Position numbers and translations under genes: made by a program. The notes beneath the pieces are model-generated. The model was given only the letters and a program-made list of their open reading frames with translations. It had not been told where the DNA came from and made no database searches. DNA of 12,437 bases. It comes from Pseudomonadota bacterium (GTDB lineage Bacteria; Bdellovibrionota_B; Oligoflexia; Oligoflexales; CAIMVM01). Shown here piece after piece: positions 7,588-12,437 of this stretch; the stretch's first letter is position 1, and the number at the start of each line of letters is the position of its first letter. The stretch lies in the NCBI GenBank assembly GCA_037142195.1, contig JBAXBA010000099.1, positions 1 through 12,437 of the forward strand, read 5' to 3'.

Positions 7588-8382
7588 TTAGACACTCACA
7601 GCGCCCTTAATAGCCGGATGGGATTCATAATTTAACACTTCGATATCTTCAAATCGGCACTCAAAAAGGTCTCGAACGCTGGGACTGATTTTAAGAGTGG
7701 GAAGTGGCAATGGGTCTCGAGACAATTGCAGCTCTACTTGCTCCCGATGATTTAAGTAGATATGGGCATCACCCAGAGTATGGATAAACTCACCAGGCTT
7801 TAAGTCTACGACTTGAGCGATGAGGTGTGTCAGTAAAGCGTAACTGGCAATATTAAAGGGAACGCCTAAGAAAATATCTGCGGACCTCTGATACAATTGG
7901 CACGAAAGCTTTCCTTCCGAAACATAGAACTGAAAAAAAGCATGGCAGGGAGGAAGTGCCATCTGATCGAGCTCCCCAGGATTAAAGGCTACAACCAGGT
8001 GCCTTCTCGACCAAGGATCTTTTTTAATGCTCTCAATAAGATTAGAAATCTGGTCGACCGTCTGCCCATTAGGGGATTGCCAACTGCGCCACTGGGCACC
8101 ATAAACTCTCCCCAAATCTCCTTCAGGACTCGCCCACTCATCCCAAATGGTCACCTTGTTATCACGCAGATACTTCGTATTCGTCTCACCGCGCAAAAAC
8201 CAAAGAAGCTCATGAATAATGGAGCGCAGGTGAACCTTCTTCGTGGTCACTAAGGGGAAGCCCTCTTCTAGATCAAAGCGCATTTGGTAGCCAAAGACTC
8301 CGATCGTTCCCGTTCCAGTTCTATCATGGCGAATCTTCCCATGTTCTAAAACATGTTTCATTAACTCGTGATATTGTCGCAT
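7588..8382 (-). CDS. thyA: Thymidylate synthase (ThyA)
   Basis: [34 protein letters not shown], catalytic [33 protein letters not shown]; 264 aa. Confidence 0.99.
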   Translation of the reverse strand: MRQYHELMKHVLEHGKIRHDRTGTGTIGVFGYQMRFDLEEGFPLVTTKKVHLRSIIHELLWFLRGETNTKYLRDNKVTIWDEWASPEGDLGRVYGAQWRSWQSPNGQTVDQISNLIESIKKDPWSRRHLVVAFNPGELDQMALPPCHAFFQFYVSEGKLSCQLYQRSADIFLGVPFNIASYALLTHLIAQVVDLKPGEFIHTLGDAHIYLNHREQVELQLSRDPLPLPTLKISPSVRDLFECRFEDIEVLNYESHPAIKGAVSV

Positions 8383-8423
8383 GATGACCTTCCTGCAAAG
8401 TAAAGTAATCCCTTTTTTGCCCC

Positions 8424-8452
8424 ATCATAGCGATGCCGGTGGCGAAAAACAA
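8424..8452 (-). promoter_or_regulatory. Candidate sigma70 promoter for thyA-folA
   Basis: Minus strand TTGTTT (8452-8447), N17, TATGAT (8429-8424). Confidence 0.45.
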
Positions 8453-8478
8453 TATGAGTTATGAATATGACCATACTC

Positions 8479-8507
8479 TTGTAAGGTTCGGTTTCCTATG
8501 CTAGAGT
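8479..8507 (+). promoter_or_regulatory. Candidate sigma70 promoter for dinB
   Basis: TTGTAA (8479-8484), N17, TAGAGT (8502-8507) with an extended -10 TG. Confidence 0.45.
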
Positions 8508-8533
8508 TCCCAAAATAAACTCGTGGCGGTACT

Positions 8534-9622
8534 TTGAAAGAGATTCATCCCGAATTCCTAAAACGAAAGATTATTCATGTCGATATGGATGCCTTTTTCG
8601 CTGCTGTTGAGATTCTAGACAATCCCAGCCTTAAGGGGCTTCCGCTGGTCATCGGCGGTTCCCCTCAAAGCCGCGGCGTGGTTTGTACGGCAAGCTATGA
8701 AGCCCGAAAATTTGGCATTAGGTCTGCGATGGCTTGCAGTCATGCCTACAGGCTTTGTCCAGATGCCGTCTTTGTTGCTCCCAGACATCGCCGGTATGTA
8801 GAAATTTCCAAAGAGATCTTTCTTATTTTCGCGCGGTATTCGAGAAAAATTGAATCCGTATCCTTAGATGAGGGTTACTTGGATGTGACAGAAGAGTGCC
8901 AGGGAGAATCGGCATCTTCCCTTGCCAAGAAAATTAAGGAAGACATTTGGAATGAAATCGGCCTATCAGCATCTGCGGGAGTGGCGCCCAATAAAATGTT
9001 AGCTAAACTGGCTTCTGAAAAGCAAAAACCCGATGGTTTAACCGTCATTCGCCCAGAAAACATTTCTGCATTTATGCCGACGCTCCCAGTCAAGAAAATC
9101 AATGGCATTGGTCCCGTCACAGCTGAGAGATTGTCCAAGCACGGAATCAGTCTTTGTTCTGATATTTACAAACATCGAAAGATGGATCTCTATGAAAAAC
9201 TAGGCCCTCGCCTCGCCGAGTGGCTGTGGGATCATGGGCAAGGAATTTGTCGAGCTCCCGTAGAAAACAATCACGACCGCAAGTCGGTAGGCTCAGAAGC
9301 AACCTTTCCCAAAGACCTCTCCGACTTAGAGTCCCTTAAAAAAGAACTCCAAGAAATCGCCCAAGATGTCCATGAACGCCTTTCTAAGAAAAGGCTCCTG
9401 GCCATGAGTTTAACCCTTAAGATCAAATATGCAGATTTTAGTCTAGAAACGAGATCTACCCGCCTCAGCACTCCCTTCACGACCTCAGAGGAAATCTTCC
9501 GTTATGCGCTCCTTCTACTTGAAAGAGGCTATAAACAACCCATTCGACTTCTGGGACTTTCTCTCGGACGACTTCAGGATCGAAAAAGCGATGTGATTCA
9601 AGTGCAAGTTCCTTTGTTCTGA
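8534..9622 (+). CDS. dinB: DNA polymerase IV (Y-family)
   Basis: RKIIHVDMDAFFAAVE, RGVVCTASYEARKFGIRSAM, SLDEGYLD, SAGVAPNKMLAKLAS..QKPDG, GIG, RKSVGSE.TF, LKIKYADF, IRLLG. C-terminal beta-clamp-like motif QVPLF. TTG start. Confidence 0.97.
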   Translation: MKEIHPEFLKRKIIHVDMDAFFAAVEILDNPSLKGLPLVIGGSPQSRGVVCTASYEARKFGIRSAMACSHAYRLCPDAVFVAPRHRRYVEISKEIFLIFARYSRKIESVSLDEGYLDVTEECQGESASSLAKKIKEDIWNEIGLSASAGVAPNKMLAKLASEKQKPDGLTVIRPENISAFMPTLPVKKINGIGPVTAERLSKHGISLCSDIYKHRKMDLYEKLGPRLAEWLWDHGQGICRAPVENNHDRKSVGSEATFPKDLSDLESLKKELQEIAQDVHERLSKKRLLAMSLTLKIKYADFSLETRSTRLSTPFTTSEEIFRYALLLLERGYKQPIRLLGLSLGRLQDRKSDVIQVQVPLF

Positions 9623-9928
9623 TTGCCTGGACCACCAGAAACACTACTTTATTGGAATTCTCAAAAACCCTGACGTTGGAGCTTCACCTTCTAAAGGACC
9701 TTCCTGCCTTTAGCTGTCTACTAACTTTTGGAATGTCTCGCGAAGACCTTCTTGAAAGGTAAAAGAAAATCCAGAAATAGATATCCCATATCATTTTGCC
9801 AAACCATGATTTTTAAAAACAATTTTATCAACTTAAAACACAAGGGCCTCACACTAGGAAAAAAAGGATCACTTTGGTTTAGGGGTTTGATTTTAAACTC
9901 AGAGGTAAACCAATATAGGGTTCACGAA

Positions 9929-10915
9929 ATGAAATCATCACTTCTTCTTTTGCTATTACTATTTGGCTGTAAGTCGGCAGCTACCCTTGAAAACGCTTCT
10001 GACTCCAAAGGCTATATGACCTCGGAGTTAAGAAACGACAGAGGTGCCTGGGAAAAAGCAAATCAGGCCGTTAGACTTTTGGAAAATAATGGGTGGTGCG
10101 CCATACCTCAACAAAATTTGCCCCGTGGATATAGCAACTCTGACCTAGTTCGTCATATGGCTTGTGTAGCCAACGGAGAATCTGTTTTCGGGAAAACTCG
10201 CACCGGGCCAGGGGATACAGGTTACGGAGTTCCCTATGGGTATTGGCAAATTGTCACAGGACACATGGGACGTAGTTACAACGGCTATCGTTGTCCTGCT
10301 CGCAGCGTAGCTGAACTTCGCGACAATTTCGATGTTTCGGCACAGTGTGCTCTCTATGTGTTTATGGAACGCGGAGGCGGTAACGCTGGCTTTAGGGCCT
10401 GGGAAGCAGAGTGCCCCAACCGAAAATGGGACATGACTCGCTCCGATGGACAACCGGTTTTCCCAGTGGCGTGTGGAAGCAATGCATGCTCAAAGAATAT
10501 TACTACGTCCCAAAATGGAAAAGAATTTGTGGTCACTATGGCTAGTACCTGTGAAGCTAATTTTGTAGAAGCCGTTCCCTTGAGTTCTAATGGCAGTGCT
10601 GTAGTGGCCACTGGAAAATCGATCTTTGCAAATCTTGTAACGTCAGGATCGCAAAAAGTAGCCACTTTCGATTTGAGTTCCTTGGATCTAAAGTTCAATC
10701 GACTCAGAATCCTCATCAAGAAGGAATCTCAAACTCTTTGGACTTCCAACCCAAGTCCTGCCATTGACTTGAATGGAAGCGGTACTTTTTCCCAAGATAC
10801 TTTTGGAGTGCCTACCCCTACCAATTTCCCTCAAACGACAGGGTCCCCTTTCCCAACAGAAGCCGTTCCTTTCCCTGAGGCACTGGGACAACCTCAAATC
10901 GTTCCAAGCCCTTAA
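9929..10915 (+). CDS. Lipoprotein with a lysozyme-like (c-type/GH22-like or SLT-like) domain, a beta-rich domain and a Pro-rich tail
   Basis: Start moved to ATG 9929: MKSSLLLLLLLFGC is a signal peptide II with lipobox Cys14. Lysozyme-fold motifs: MACVANGES (catalytic Glu84), YGYWQI, C-x17-C (C122/C140), GFRAW...C. 328 aa. Confidence 0.75.
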   Translation: MKSSLLLLLLLFGCKSAATLENASDSKGYMTSELRNDRGAWEKANQAVRLLENNGWCAIPQQNLPRGYSNSDLVRHMACVANGESVFGKTRTGPGDTGYGVPYGYWQIVTGHMGRSYNGYRCPARSVAELRDNFDVSAQCALYVFMERGGGNAGFRAWEAECPNRKWDMTRSDGQPVFPVACGSNACSKNITTSQNGKEFVVTMASTCEANFVEAVPLSSNGSAVVATGKSIFANLVTSGSQKVATFDLSSLDLKFNRLRILIKKESQTLWTSNPSPAIDLNGSGTFSQDTFGVPTPTNFPQTTGSPFPTEAVPFPEALGQPQIVPSP

Positions 10916-10966
10916 GCTGCCTGAACTCACCGCCTGCGGCCATGGAATTTGGGATAGCCAATCGAA

Positions 10967-11989
10967 ATGAGAAAAGTTAACATCCTCCCCATAAAAAGGG
11001 AGGATTTTTTTATCACTGCCAATACCTTCACGCCATCCCCCATCTTTTCACACGGACTGATTCAAACCCTACTACCAAGCTTTATCCGTCAAAAACGCTA
11101 TGGCTTTGACGATCCCATCAAAGTTAAACTTCATGATGGTGATGAAATTCTATTGATGAAAAATAGACCTTCTACTCCGCCCAAGGGGAAAATACTTCTG
11201 ATTCCTGGTTTAGGAACCTCGGCTTTATCCGTTGGGCCCAGTCGCATTGCTCGCAAGCTCAATGACCTTGGGTATATCACGTATCGTTTCAACCACCGCG
11301 GCCTCGGCCAAGGTCAAACTTTGGCGAAGGGAACCTATCATGCGGGAAGAAGCCTGGACGCAGAAGCTTCCTTAGCAGCTGTGGATACGGACGAAGGTGA
11401 GCTTCCAATCATTGCCATTGGGTTTTCTTTGGGTGGAAATCTCCTTTTAAGGCATGCAGGTAGAGCTGCTGTTCAGCTTGAAAATCCCCTTCCTAGGTCA
11501 CTAAAAGGTATTGTAGCTTTATCCCCTATCGTAGAACTGGAAGAGTGCACCAAAGCCCTTGCAAAAGCCGGCTTTGGCCTCATCGATAGAAAATTTGTCC
11601 AGCATGCTCTTTCTTATGCCCAAAGACGTCACAAAAATTGGCCTGAGCTAGGCCCGCTAGATCTCCCCACCAAATTTAGCCTCTACCAATTTGATGATCT
11701 TTACACGGCTAAACAAAATGGCTTTTCGGGAGCTTTGGAATACTATCAATTTGCAACAGCCAAGACTTGGCTTCATCATATCCATGTCCCTACTCACGTT
11801 TTGATGGCTCAAAATGACCCTCTCGTGATCCCAGACCACATTTCTTATCCCTCAAATATTAAGGCTACGATCACGAAAAGTGGCGGTCATCTGGGTTTTA
11901 TAAGTAAGACAAAAACTCCGTTTGACGACTATTTCTGGATGGATCATTTTATCGTCACCCGTGTAAATTCGCTCTTGAGTGTTGAGTAG
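10967..11989 (+). CDS. YheT-family alpha/beta hydrolase (putative esterase/lipase)
   Basis: F.PSP....GLIQT, IPGLG, FNHRG, YHAGRS.D, nucleophile GFSLGGN, FDD.YTA..NGF..A.EYY, A.NDP, GGHLGF (Ser-Asp-His triad). Confidence 0.92.
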   Translation: MRKVNILPIKREDFFITANTFTPSPIFSHGLIQTLLPSFIRQKRYGFDDPIKVKLHDGDEILLMKNRPSTPPKGKILLIPGLGTSALSVGPSRIARKLNDLGYITYRFNHRGLGQGQTLAKGTYHAGRSLDAEASLAAVDTDEGELPIIAIGFSLGGNLLLRHAGRAAVQLENPLPRSLKGIVALSPIVELEECTKALAKAGFGLIDRKFVQHALSYAQRRHKNWPELGPLDLPTKFSLYQFDDLYTAKQNGFSGALEYYQFATAKTWLHHIHVPTHVLMAQNDPLVIPDHISYPSNIKATITKSGGHLGFISKTKTPFDDYFWMDHFIVTRVNSLLSVE

Positions 11990-12156
11990 AAGTTTTGATA
12001 GTGAAAAATCCTGGCTCCTTTACCACAAGTCAGCTGAGACGAGGCAAAGGTATATCCATCGAACGGATGACCTGCTTTTGTCTCTCGCGAACTCAATTGA
12101 GGAGCCAAAACTTCTAGCGGCTTAATCCTGCGGTGTACTTTTTTGGTTTTTTCATG

Positions 12157-12183
12157 AAAAAAAGGCTTTCGCAGAGGCTTTTT
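12157..12183. terminator. Possible intrinsic terminator hairpin
   Basis: A-run, GGCTTT-CGCA-GAGGCT, T-run. The stem depends on G-U pairs on the + strand. Lies between the hydrolase 3' end and the tRNA-fragment 3' end. Confidence 0.3.
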
Positions 12184-12223
12184 AATCATACTTAAGTCTC
12201 TGATTTTTATCACTTATTCAGCA

Positions 12224-12271
12224 TGGCCTGGGTGATAGGACTCGAACCTACGACCTCATGCTCCCAAAGCA
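12224..12271 (-). pseudogene. 3' half of tRNA-Pro(TGG), probable att junction
   Basis: Minus strand TGC-TTTGGGA-GCA TGAGGTC GTAGG-TTCGAGT-CCTAT CACCCAG G CCA gives an anticodon loop (TGG at 12266-12264), variable loop, T-arm, 3' acceptor strand and CCA. No D-arm or 5' acceptor strand upstream. Confidence 0.88.
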
Positions 12272-12437
12272 GATTTGGGGTTGTCAAAAGAGTGCTTTAA
12301 TATCAATGTTTTAATAAAAATAACTGCATGTTAGGACTCTTATCTGGTTTGTTCAATTGTGACCAATTTTGATGGTTTTTGACTAGGGCGTGTACTCACA
12401 AATTGCTCCAGATATAAGCACAACCAAGGTATAGGAT
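12272..12437. mobile_element. Probable edge of an integrative element (genomic island or prophage) inserted in tRNA-Pro, extending beyond the window
   Basis: AT-rich non-coding DNA replaces the 5' half of the tRNA and contains an IHF consensus site and 10-bp-period repeats. No integrase is visible in the window, so this is inferred. Confidence 0.55.
12301..12313 (+). promoter_or_regulatory. IHF consensus binding site
   Basis: TATCAATGTTTTA matches WATCAANNNNTTR exactly, 30 nt from the tRNA-fragment junction. Confidence 0.6.

Noticed and set aside
8383..8533. LexA/SOS box upstream of dinB
   Set aside because: No match to CTGT-N8-ACAG, GAAC-N4-GTTC or GTTC-N7-GTTC; only a weak TAC-N4-GTA dyad at the -35.
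7040..9622. thyA-folA-dinB as mobile cargo (dfr resistance cassette or mutagenesis cassette)
   Set aside because: Ordinary chromosomal thyA-folA arrangement with no attC site, IS ends or imuA/imuB/dnaE2.
9728..9928. 67-aa N-terminal extension of the 395-aa ORF
   Set aside because: AT-rich sequence that looks intergenic; ATG 9929 begins a clean lipoprotein signal peptide.
11944..12213. 89-aa minus-strand ORF
   Set aside because: Lys-rich translation of A/T tracts and the hairpin, overlapping the hydrolase 3' end; no SD or motif.
12224..12300. Intact functional tRNA-Pro
   Set aside because: No D-arm and no 5' acceptor strand complementary to CACCCAG; the anticodon stem has only 3 consecutive Watson-Crick pairs.

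Overview
Bacterial chromosomal window made mostly of core genes. From left to right: a MoxR AAA+/DUF58/single-TM (Bat-type) operon running off the left edge; two tandem, divergent CheZ-like paralogues behind a near-consensus sigma28 (FliA) promoter; a divergent orphan ORF; a 17-bp duplication and a 13-bp tandem array between convergent genes; an AI-2E + MgtC/DUF4010 membrane-protein pair; thyA-folA; dinB; a lipoprotein carrying a c-type (GH22-like) lysozyme domain; and a YheT-like alpha/beta hydrolase. At the right edge is a 3' half of tRNA-Pro(TGG) with an exact IHF consensus site, probably the attachment junction of an integrated element lying beyond the window. The most notable items are the c-type lysozyme-like lipoprotein (Glu35 equivalent kept, Asp52 equivalent replaced by Pro), the sigma28-linked CheZ-like pair with no che genes nearby, and the tRNA-Pro att site. 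All family calls come from motifs recognised by eye; no database searches were run.
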